Positions 53,532 to 64,000 of a stretch of DNA of 64,000 nucleotides are shown here, piece after piece. The DNA is from Octopus bimaculoides. Lineage: Eukaryota. A program made the position numbers and the translations under genes. Under the pieces are notes generated by a model. That model ran no database searches, was not told the origin of the DNA, and worked only from the letters and a program-made list of their open reading frames with translations. How positions within the stretch are numbered: position 1 is the stretch's first letter; every line of letters starts with the position of its first letter. The stretch spans positions 42,986,708-43,050,707 of the forward strand of contig NC_068991.1 of assembly GCF_001194135.2 (NCBI RefSeq). Reading direction: 5' to 3'.

Positions 53532-56070
53532 ATTTGTTCAGCCTAGTTTTAATAATACAGTTGAGATAATTTGATAGATTATTTAAATAGTCCCCAGAAT
53601 GTATGACATTGTTAGTATATAATTATTCATTTTTTTTTTTAAATTGTTTTATTCGTAATGTCATGAAAATTACTGCATTGAGTAAGGGTGGGCATGATAT
53701 TCTCTTTAGTAGTAACTAAAATGATGGTGGAATTGGGGTATCATCTACTCCTCTAATCTTGAGTGTTTTACATATTAAAGTACTTCCTTCCTTTGACACT
53801 ATTATCAGTCCAAGATAATTTTAAAGCAAGTCTATAAATGTCCCTTGTTATGTAACAGATTTCCTAAAAAAAAAATCAGGCAGTGTTGCTTCTCTTCTGC
53901 ACTATATAAAGTTTTTTTTTCTATTTTTTCCCCTCTACTGCAGCTAATTTGCCTGCCATGATTAAAATGATATGCTTATCAAATTTACAAATCCTTAAAG
54001 TAATTCAGGTTTTAAATATTTCTCTGAACTTCATCCCTAGTTTCAATACATCATATACGATAACTGGTGGTGGTGAGACCTATAACACAGTGAGTAATCA
54101 TTTGTTAGAAGTAAAGTTTTTCGGAGTTTTTTATTTTCTTAATCCTTGTTCTGGATAAAAATTTTATTCCTTTAATGCAACAAACCTGCTGATAATCTGT
54201 CTTGTGATAACATACTCAAACTAACTTTAACAGCCAATTCCTTAGCTTCTCATGAGATTACTTTTCCAAGTCAAAACACTATACCATTGTACCTAGCAAT
54301 ATTTAGGTGATTTTGATTTATTTTGTTTTGGTTTTTTTCAAATTCTTGAAATTATTTGATAAAATTTCTTTTTACTTCCAGTTTATCCTCCTACACTTTT
54401 ACAATTAATACCCTTGAGAGTTAATCTTTATTTTCAAACAAAAAATCTATTGATCTATATTTAGCTAGTTTACTGACCTGGAAAACTTGATTTGACAATT
54501 TGAAATAAAGTTGTTTCTGTTTGCTCTTATTATTTGTTGTTATTGATTTATATTTTTCTTTGATTTTATCTGTATTGTTTCAATTCTTATTACATTTTAC
54601 TTTATAAGGTTTATTGGCCGAGCACTACCCTCTAAATTAAATGTATATAGAATTTTTTTTTTTTTCTTCATTTAAATTTTTAGTTCACTCACTAAGTAGT
54701 AGATTGCAGCAGATGATTTTAAATTATTTTCAATTATAGTTGAAACTATTGGTTTCTGTCTGTTTTGAGTGCCAACATTTATTTACATTCTATAGTAACA
54801 AATCCTTATGTATTACTAGCCATAATTAAGTCATCTACAGAAGTACATAACTGACATTTAAAAATAAATTGAAAGGGAAGCACTCAAATTTTTTTTAAAT
54901 ATTGACACTTAATTGGAAATATCAAATAAATAACTATGTCATGCTCATAATTATTCTGTTAGTAGGGCTAATTAAAACTAAAAACCCAACACTGTTGTAA
55001 GTTTAGCCATTACGTCTCTCATTTGAAATAATAATTTATGTATATATTTAGGTCTGTGATGTCAGTGGCTAAGTTTAAATGAAGGTGTTTAGTGTTTATA
55101 ATGAAGTTTGCAAGAATTTCTACAGAAGCTAGATTACTTATTCATAGAAGTTACCAGTAAATCATAAACCCATACATAAGGTGTCATAACTCAGTCTGGT
55201 TTAACACATGCTTTACTTATCTCACTTGATATTTGCTTGTGGAAAGTTCCTGGATTTCCTTTTATTTAACTGCTCTATTTCTCTCTCCCTTTGGTATATA
55301 TATATATATGTATATATGGATTGATATTATTCTTTTTTTACCAGTTAAGTATGAAGCTTTCAATTTGTAGAAAACCTGGAATAGAAAGTCAATTCCTTCT
55401 TTATATTCTTGTTGAAATTTCTTTCTTTCAACCTGAAATTACCCGATACCTTCCTTTTTGAATCAATATTATTAAATAGATTGGAAATAAAAACTTGGAT
55501 TCCAAACTTAGTCTAGAAGGAATTTACATCTAACTTTACAACAGTTACCAGATTTCTAATATTGGCACAAGGCCAAAACTCTTCAGAGTACTTTCGTCAT
55601 GTGAAATGCCTGTAGTGTTTGGCTAATAATTTATTGACCCTACTCCTCAAAGGTGTATGTTGATTTAGGTGTGATTTAAACTTGGAATATATAGGATTGC
55701 AGTTATGCACAGAGAGGTATTTCATCCAACATGCTAATGATTCCATTAATTCACCACCTTGTATTCTCATTAATAAGCTTCTCGGGACATTAGACTGGCA
55801 GAATTGTCAGAATGACAAACAAAACGCATTGTGATATTTCATTGCAGCTTTTGTTTCAAAGTTCAAATCTCACTGAGATTAACATTGCCATTCATCCTTC
55901 CAGCCTCAATAACATAACTAAACCAGTCAAGAATTGCAGGTAATACAATAAACTGTTCCCACATTTTGCTTAGTTTTCATATCAAGCAAAAGAAGGACTA
56001 TTAATGAGCTTGTTATATAGTCCTTGTAGTAATTGATAGTTAATGAACTAGTGTGTGTATGCGTGTGCAT

Positions 56071-56250
56071 GCACACAGGTATGGCTGTGTAGTTAAGAAG
56101 TTTGCTTCCCGACCGCGTGGTTTCAGGTTTAGTCCTACTGCATGGCACCTTAGACAAGTGTGTTCTACTATAGCCTAAGCCAACCAAATGTGTCTGAGTG
56201 GGTTTGATAGGTGGAAAGTGAAAGGAATCTGTTTTATGTGTGTATGCATG
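56071..56250 (+). mobile_element. CORE-type SINE (OR2-like), 5' half
   Basis: ggtatggctgtgtagttaagaagtttgcttccc..ggcaccttagacaagtgtgttctactatagcc. Confidence 0.85.
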
Positions 56251-56959
56251 ATATATACACATATATCATGAGAATCAAACAGTTCTATAAAATCCAGTTT
56301 ATCTATTGGTGAGTCATTTAGTTTTTATTTATTCTGGTGCTCCTCATGCAATGAAATTTAGAAAATTTCAGATAATTTCCTCTTCCTGTTAGTTGCTAAA
56401 AGACTCATATATGTTATAATAACAGTATTAATTATACCAATCATACAGAACTAGCAGTAGAACTTCTATAATTATGCATATCAGTTTGTCATGGTAGTCT
56501 AAAGAGAGAATAAGAGTTTAGATCTATTTTGCTTGCCTTCTGTGAGCAATTTGCTATTTTATTTTTAATAGAAGCTTTTCCTAATAATTATCATAGCTTT
56601 GTTACAATTAACATACATTACCAGAATGGGTCAAAATCACTACTACTACTACTATTTGTTTTTTAAATTACTAATTCTTCAGATAAATTGTTTCAAAATT
56701 AATGAAGTTCAACTTTTTTTTTTTCCTTCCTCCAATGATTGGATTGCACTTCATCTAATGCACTTCTGGTAATTTTTACTTCCTTTTTGAAAGCTTGTAC
56801 CAAACATTTCCTGTGGGTTTTTTTTTTTTTTATGATCAAGTAATATACCCAAAATTTTCTTCTGTCAAATTTCGCTGATACCTATTTTTTACTGTAAGCC
56901 AAAATAGGACCAGCTATGTGGCTACTTGATATTTAAGTAACAGTAGCCAAATCTTCAAG

Positions 56960-57258
56960 TCACACCCTACAATAGTTTTTCTGTGAATGACAGCAGTTAT
57001 ACATTTCCCAGATACCTTCGCTAAGCAGAATAATGTCTTTGCCTCTCGCCAACCTCTCTCACCAACCTCCGACCATCTTTCTTGCCAACCTCCAAAACCT
57101 TCTCTCGCCAACCTCCAACAGACAGTTTTTGGTACTTTTTCGTGACGGAAAATATACCGTTTGTGACAGTTATAACGAAATTGATTTCTTATATCAGAGT
57201 AATAAGGTGTTTCAATAGAACATGTTTACTCCCGGGAATTACCTGGTACACTAGCTAA
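56960..57258 (+). mobile_element. Non-autonomous Helitron-like element (3' end)
   Basis: Hairpin ccgggaattacctgg, then ..ctagCTAA|T. Four internal Ygccaacct-like repeats at 57045-57115. 5' end undefined. Confidence 0.45.
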
Positions 57259-57444
57259 TATATATATATATATACACACACATGTATATGTGTATGTCTG
57301 CATGTGTGTGTGACTGCATGTATATTTATATGTATGTGCATCAGCCTGTGTGTGTGATTGCACATATATGTATATATATGTATATATACTTGTATGTAAA
57401 TATATGGGTGTGTGTGTGTGTCTGCATGTATGTGTCTACATTTA

Positions 57445-58671
57445 CACATATATAAACAGCAGTCTGTTTGGTTGTCTGTTTCTTTGTGTCAAATTGTTGT
57501 CTACACCCATTAACGAATTTTCATGAAACTTTGCATACATGTTAAACCAACATCCAGTTTGTTACTAGGCTCATTGCAGTTTTATAAATGTCTATAATTG
57601 GATGGCTGTGACTCTTAGAACGGGTCCGGATGTAGCCCATTTATTTTTCCTTTAATAGACAAGGGGAAATAACCCATTCATTTTTCTTTATTTTTCTCTT
57701 TTGCCCACTGGTCATTTCTCCCTTCATTTATTAGAGAAGCAATATCATTAGAGTGATCAGTTGCCAGTGGTTGATTGACTTGACTCAACAGGTCTTCGCT
57801 TTGTATAAATATTCTACATTACGTGGACTTTTCTTACAAGAAATTGTCAGACAAGATCAATGTTATTATCAATCTAACCACTGTCCTAAGTCAATATATA
57901 AATTTAATGACATTTCATAGACCTACCTAAGATCTTTCATTTAAAACAAATTTGAGTAAAATCTCACCATGGAGATATCATTGCCTTAACTCATTTGCAA
58001 ATTTTACCATTAACGTACTGTTTCCATGGCAACTGTGTAAAAAAATTGGTATAAATCAAGTTGAGTATGTTTATTTCTTAGTATTTGAACCATTAGGGCT
58101 ATTTTCGCACTTTACCCAGAACAATCCTTAAACAAGTAAATAGTATTTTCCTCAACAATAGATCTGCTTATTTCGGTTAGTGACTTATTCATGAATATAC
58201 CATGAATGACGATGCCTTTCATGTCACTTCAGCCAATTGACAGGCGCTGCATGAAGAACTTTTCAGAGTTACTTAGATTGCTATTGTCTCAAATTCGATT
58301 TGCCTGTTATTACGTAACATACGTCATGATTTTGGTATACATACCTTATTGATATTTCCTCCTAAGTTCTATATATTCTGGGAATGTATTAAAGCCCTTT
58401 TCAGTGCTACTTTATTTGAATTATTATTATCGGGTAACTAATTTGCATGTTACTACATAACTGACTTCACGATTTTGGTATTCATAACTTATTGGGATTT
58501 CCTAAAAACAAGACCCTACGTAAGACGGTTCAGTATTCTTTGTAAATGCACAAAAACTGTTTTAAGCGCTACATACTTTGTATTGTTGCTGTTGGATTAG
58601 CAAAGCAATTATGAGAACAGGACCAGGAGATAAGCCTCGCTTTTCCAGAAATTACCGGGTATGTCAGCTAG
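57445..58671 (+). mobile_element. Second Helitron/HINE-like element
   Basis: Starts after a TA/TG microsatellite with gtctgtttggttgtctgt..ttttcatgaaactttgc. CpG-richer body. Ends ccagaaattaccgggtatgtcagCTAG|T. Confidence 0.45.
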
Positions 58672-58899
58672 TAATAGTATATATTGAACCTTGGTTTCTT
58701 GACTCCACAGTCATGCTGCTTGATTTGCTAGTTAAGATTGCATTGTATTGTTTTATTTCAATGTATGCAAGTGGTACTGAAATGTGGGCCTTTTTTCCCC
58801 CTCTCTGTTGGACAGACATTGGTCATTGGAATATTGTTAGAGTAAATTTTTCCTCTGTAGTAATTCTTCTGCATGTTCTTCATTGCAGGCAAATAATGT

Positions 58900-59830
58900 A
58901 TTCAGGTTCCCAGTAGAAGCAACATACCATCGTTGAGCTCTTTGATGATGCAAGAGTAAAGGCTGTCCAACATCTACAGACAGTTACAGAGATGACTCAA
59001 ATGGCAAGAGCAATGTGCACGGATGGATGAAGTTTAAAGAAGAAACCACCATTGAAGACCATCGACTGTGATCATTGACATTAATTACTAGTGAGTAGGT
59101 AAACTGATTCTCCCAGGCAGACAAGTCACAGTCTGTGAGCTTGCTGCACAACTGGACTGTGGTTAAAATGCATTACAAAAGAAGCTGGAAAACATGGATA
59201 TTAGAAAGTGTGCAAAATGGGCACCTTAGCAACTGATGACCAATTTGAAAGAGAAAAGTATAGAAATCTGATCTGCTGGAAGCATTTGAAGCCAATGAAG
59301 ATACATTTTTTTTTTTTTTTTCCTTGATCTGATGGAACTTGAACATATCTTGATGATACTAAAATGAAGCCTCAGTCCATAGACCTCTTCTCCATAGCCT
59401 AAAACATTCAAGTTGGCACAGAAAGTTATGGTGACTGTTTTTGTTGATCATCATTCTCTTGGCTTTTCTGGAATGTCATAGTACCATGCACAGCAAGCAG
59501 TACATTGAGACACTCGAAAACGTTAGAGAAGCCATTTGAAGGAAGAGACCAAACAAGAATCTGAAATCAGTCTGCATACATCATGACAATACACATTTTT
59601 GGCAGAAAATCAGGCAATCAGTAAATTTGGTTGATCACTAGTCCCCCGTCCACTGTACAACCCAGATCTAGTGCCCTCCTCCTCTCATTTGTGCAGTTCA
59701 CTGAAGGACAGTCTTGATGGAAAAGGATTTGATGACACTAACAAGGTGAAAGTAGCTGTGGAGAAGTGAGTACTAAAGAAGATGGGTCTGAAGAGATGAT
59801 GCAAAAGATGATAAATATTTTAGATGTTTC
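58900..59830 (+). mobile_element. Old, heavily decayed mariner transposase
   Basis: Traces of WMKFKE..IED, RKCAKWAP (WVP), KVMVTVF, HHDNT, PLYNPDLVP. No TIRs seen. Confidence 0.75.
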
Positions 59831-61611
59831 ATAGCTGAGCTGAGACCCTTCTTTTGGTTCTCATTCCCTTTAACTTCCCAATGCTCTGGAAATCAAAAAA
59901 AAAAATTTACTGAAGTTCTTTCATGGAGAGTTTTTTTAAATATTTTAACATTAGAAATTGAAGAAAAAATAAAGACAACTATACTTACTTTGTTTTATTA
60001 ATCATACTCGTGTGTAACAACATTATCAATATTTTTCAAGACACTCAAGCATTAATATGGATTTTACTATAGCAAGTTTTCTTTAATTCCCTTGATAGCT
60101 AAATATAGATAAAATTACACTTTAATGGTTTATTCTTTCATTAGCTACAGGATACAAGATGCTAAAACTTTGGCTTGGGACCTCAGAGAGGAAGTGATGA
60201 TAAGTTGAATCACTTGGTTACTTTAAGCTGTATTTACATAGCCCCTCCACCTCTTCATCCGTGTTCCATTATTTATCTTTATGATAAACTTTTCAGCCCT
60301 CAATTTTTAGTCGCTCAGCTAGTTTACAAACAGGCTTGTTATAGAAAACCTGAGGAATAAATTATGCCTATAAGCTTAATTATCAATCTTAAATATGTTC
60401 TAGTTGCTTTACAACTATTTTCCCTTTTTTGCATACATTTTATTCTTGATCTTAACAATCTTATGTTAATTTTGAGACTGTTAATTGATAATGCAGCTTA
60501 ATAACATGTTGGATAGATAAGTGATTGTGCTATCAGTGGATCTCTAATTTTAATTGGCTATAATGTATTTCAACTTGCTTGTTAATGGCAATAATTTTTA
60601 TCTTTTTTTTAATATATTTGTAACTAGTGACAACTAGTTTGCCATTGGGACATCAGCTATGTGAGGGAGGGTTTTTTGTTTTCTTATTGGGGTGGGGTTA
60701 AACTACCAGTCTCAATCACTACCTGCTTATAACCACTTCTCCCACTAACTGCCTCACCTCTTTGTCAGATCATCTTTGTATCCTCTCACTTCCCTTCATG
60801 ATTCTCTACTTCTATCCATCTTTTATTATAGTTATATTCCTATATTCCACATTCATTTACCTAAATTGTTGCTACTATCAATAACCAGCATATAATCCCT
60901 ACTCTGTTTCTTTTCTGAGTCCATATTTTTACTTGCTATGAAGATTCAGTTTTGTAAAGTCATTAAAATTCATTATTTTCTATCAATTGCTATTGTATGA
61001 ATTTCAGATGCAAAATGTTAGGTTAATCCTTTTGTGGCCATATTTCTATTGAAACACACTCTGTTTGCACTAGTTTTGGAAATAATCAAGAATTTGGAGG
61101 GTTTTAATGAAATATCTAACTTTTTTAATGAAGCTAGTGTTTGGAACACAATGTGAATAAATAAACATTACATTTGAGAAAGTAACCTGAATGCTAAAGG
61201 GTTAAATACAAACACAGAAGCTGTTTGTGACTGGTTGATATCAGATGGGTTAAATAAGTTGTCTTAATCCTATGTTCTTTTAGCTTTGTGTGTGTGTCTT
61301 ATAAACCTCTTTGTGTGTGTCTTATAAACCTCTTTGTACTTATTGATGTACTTTTTTATAATAAAATGTTTAGCAAACAGGTTGCCATAGTTGAAAAATA
61401 ACTCATCATGGTTGGATGGTTAAAATTTATATCTACTACAAAACTTTCAAACTTGTTTTATTAACTGCTAAATTAAACTTCAGAATATAAGAAATAAATA
61501 GTGTTGGTGGTTGCTGATATTGCTATTTCCAGTAACTTGTCACAGATGTTACATTGTCTCCTTTAGAAAGGTAGGTTCCCTTATAACTTCAGTCAGTCTA
61601 CTCACAGCTTG

Positions 61612-61750
61612 GGCAAACAGTTAAGAAGCTTGCTTCTCAATCACAAGGCTCTGGGTTCATTCCCCACCATATGGCCTTTGGGCAAGTGTCATATGTCATA
61701 ACCTCAGGTCAACCTAAACCTCATGATTGAAACTGACTCGACAGAAACTA
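61612..61750 (+). mobile_element. CORE-type SINE fragment
   Basis: gttaagaagcttgcttctcaatcac..gggttcattccc..tttgggcaagtgtc. Confidence 0.75.
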
Positions 61751-62375
61751 TTTGGAAGATACACTGGGTGGTTTGTACCAGTAATTCAAAGTTCTAGCTT
61801 TATCACACATGGTGTCATACCGATTCTACCTGAGGACTCACATGTCTGTTGAATACTCAACCATTTATTTAGTGAGCAGATACTTCAGTTTAGTTGATTG
61901 AAGAAACGAATACTTATACTTCTGAGTATCAATCTTGTTAGTGTGTGTACTTTGTAGAAACATCCAGCCCATATTAGCAGAGGGAATATGAGGACCAAGG
62001 TGTCTGTTAACTACCATTTTAATGTGTTTTTGGTACCAACACTATCGGGTGATCTTGCTGTATAGCATATGATTTGATCAAAGAAATCGAGTTACTGTTG
62101 CTTAATACTAAAAGTGGGAAGATATTTTTGTGCTATTGAAAAAAAATTATTCCTTTTACTCAGAGAAAAGCTTGTTGTCCATCAAAGTGTAGTGATATTT
62201 TCCAGTTATGTGGAATCTACATGGAAAAATGTATGAGTGTTATAAAGATAATACAGTTTTGTGTTATAAAGATGTTATATAATTAAGCCAAATACCACAT
62301 TAACTTAGTATCTTTGTATACTCTACATCATTGTTTGTTTCTCTATTAATCATTGATATATAATAGAAAAAATTA

Positions 62376-62538
62376 AGGCACAGGAGTAGCTGTGTGATAA
62401 GTAGCTTGCTTACCAACCACATGGTTCTGGGTTCAGTCCCACTGCGTGGCACCTTAGGCAAGTATTTTCTACTATAGCCTCGGACCGACCAAAGCCTTGT
62501 GAGTGGATATGGTAGACGGAAACTGAAGGAAGCACGTC

Positions 62539-62580
<42 letters not shown>

Positions 62581-62785
62581 GTGTGTGTGTGTATTTATCC
62601 TCCTAACATCGCTTGACAACCAATGGTGGTGTGTTTACGTCCCTGTAACTTAGCGGTTCGGCAAAAGAGACCGATAGAATAAGTACTAGGCTTACAAAGA
62701 ATAAGTCCTGGGGTCGATTTGCTCAACTAAAGGCAGTGCTCCAGCATGGCCGCATTCAAATGACTGAAACAAGTAAAAGAGTAAG
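62376..62785 (+). mobile_element. Full-length, young CORE-type SINE (OR2-like) with central (TA)n
   Basis: tRNA-like head, gcaccttaggcaagt CORE-like block, retained CpGs, tail gtgctccagcatggccgcattcaaatgactgaaacaagtaaaaga. Confidence 0.92.
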
Positions 62786-63495
62786 AGCTGATACCTTACG
62801 AAAGAGTTATGAAGAACAGTGATTGATTGAGAATGCAAGATCTTTGGAAGCAAAATAAATAACTTGATGCCTGAAAAACAAAGTATTTTTGCTTGGAGGC
62901 AGAAGCTGATTGCATTAAAATTTTTCTTCAAGAATGTGAAAGCCATTCTTTACCTGTTTTGTATTGTTTGGGAGGGTGGGGGTTCTGTTTCAAAATCTCA
63001 AGTAAAATAGACTTGATTAAGCATCAGTTTGTTCATGTTTATCACTAAGTCCATAATTTTGAAGGGAAAAAATATTTCAAATAGATGTAAAATGAAATTT
63101 ATGAAGAAAAGTACTGAAACTTCTGCTGTCATTATCAAAAAGGAAGAAAAATGAAAAAAATTTAATGATTCTTATAAAGGAAAAGAAGATAGTGAATATC
63201 TGATTTGATTAGTCATTACAATTTAACTTTCCACATCTTAACAGCAGTAATTATATCTCATAGTCATGACAACGTAATACATTGTAGCTACAGAAAGCAT
63301 ACGCATAGAATGAGTACATAAGGGATGCATGCTTGCATTCATACATACAAACAGTTATACACACACATGTATACATTCATGCATCCTGTTGTTGTTTAGC
63401 CCTGGGTCAGCCTAATCAAGCAGTCCTATTATTAAAGGCTTTTCAACTATAACTATCTTGTTTTATTGTGTCTCAGAGATTATATTGTCTAATAT

Positions 63496-63818
63496 CACAT
63501 GATCACGTGACTGACCAGGCCATCAGATGTTGCTAGACATTGCTGGTCACAATGCGCTTCGCATTGTTTTAGCCTTCAAATGATGCCACCCCACTGGCTA
63601 AGCAAGCAGGCCAATATTTAGAAACAGGAAGAAAGAGTGAGAGAAAGTTGTGGTGAAAGAGTACAGCAGGGTTCACCACCACCCCCTGCCAGAGCCTCGT
63701 GGAGCTTTAGGTGTTTTCACTCAATAAACACTCACAACACCCGGTCTGGGAATCGAAACTGCGATCCTAAGACCGCGAGTCCGCTGCCCTAACCACTGGG
63801 CCATTGCACCTCCACAGG
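63496..63818 (-). mobile_element. Young tRNA-derived SINE with 11-bp TSD
   Basis: Minus-strand head gtggaggtgcaatggcccagtggttagggcagcgg..gtttcgattccc (A and B boxes). TSD ttgtctaatat at 63485-63495 and 63819-63829. Confidence 0.92.
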
Positions 63819-63884
63819 TTGTCTAATATATCCTACTTTATTTAAAATAGTGCCATACAATTTGAGGAACATATGACTGCTATT

Positions 63885-63990
63885 GCTAGCAGATCAATCC
63901 AAGTCTATAGTGGAAGAAACTTGTCCAAGATGCCAGGTAGTGGGATCAAGCCTGAAACCATGTGGTTATGAAATTAACTTAATCACAGTC
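63885..63990 (-). mobile_element. CORE-type SINE fragment
   Basis: ctatagtggaagaaacttgtccaagatgcc..gtgggatcaagcctgaaaccatgtgg. Confidence 0.75.
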
Positions 63991-64000
63991 ATCTCTTACA

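Noticed and set aside
60137-60200. Possible exon IQDAKTLAWDLREE, or a P450-like KLWLG frame
   Set aside because: Weak donor, and the similarity does not extend beyond a few residues.
61286-61337. Tandem duplication of tgtgtgtgtcttataaacctctt
   Set aside because: Ordinary slippage duplication. There is no spacer structure, so it is not CRISPR-like.
63740-63815. tRNA-like sequence with A and B boxes
   Set aside because: It is the head of a TSD-flanked SINE, not a tRNA gene. The same applies to the other SINE heads.

Overview
This is AT-rich, repeat-dense eukaryotic DNA with two N-gaps (2331-2476, 24607-24848). The SINE families, microsatellite load and LINE types match what I recognise from octopus genomes (inferred, not searched). 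Most of the window appears to be intron of one large + strand gene that I cannot name. It shows only as small exon candidates: 17052-17160 (Pro-rich), 32436-32480, 32871-32917, 38802-38833, 42711-42738 and a 15-nt microexon at 43122-43136. The introns hold decayed transposons: Buster-type hAT, a maT/Tc1-like element, four mariners, MULE, RTE, CR1/L2 and R4/Dong-like LINEs, Helitron-like ends, MITEs and many tRNA-derived SINEs. No intact transposase, rRNA, tRNA or CRISPR feature is present. Most notable: (1) a 433-bp insertion with a 20-bp target-site duplication that folds into a ~143-bp near-perfect hairpin; (2) an RTE LINE whose ORF2 ends in three C2H2-like fingers; (3) a phase-compatible chain of tiny exons; (4) a LINE sharing its 3' tail with the dominant SINE; (5) a mariner nested inside an R4-like LINE. 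All exon calls are manual and need RNA-seq confirmation.
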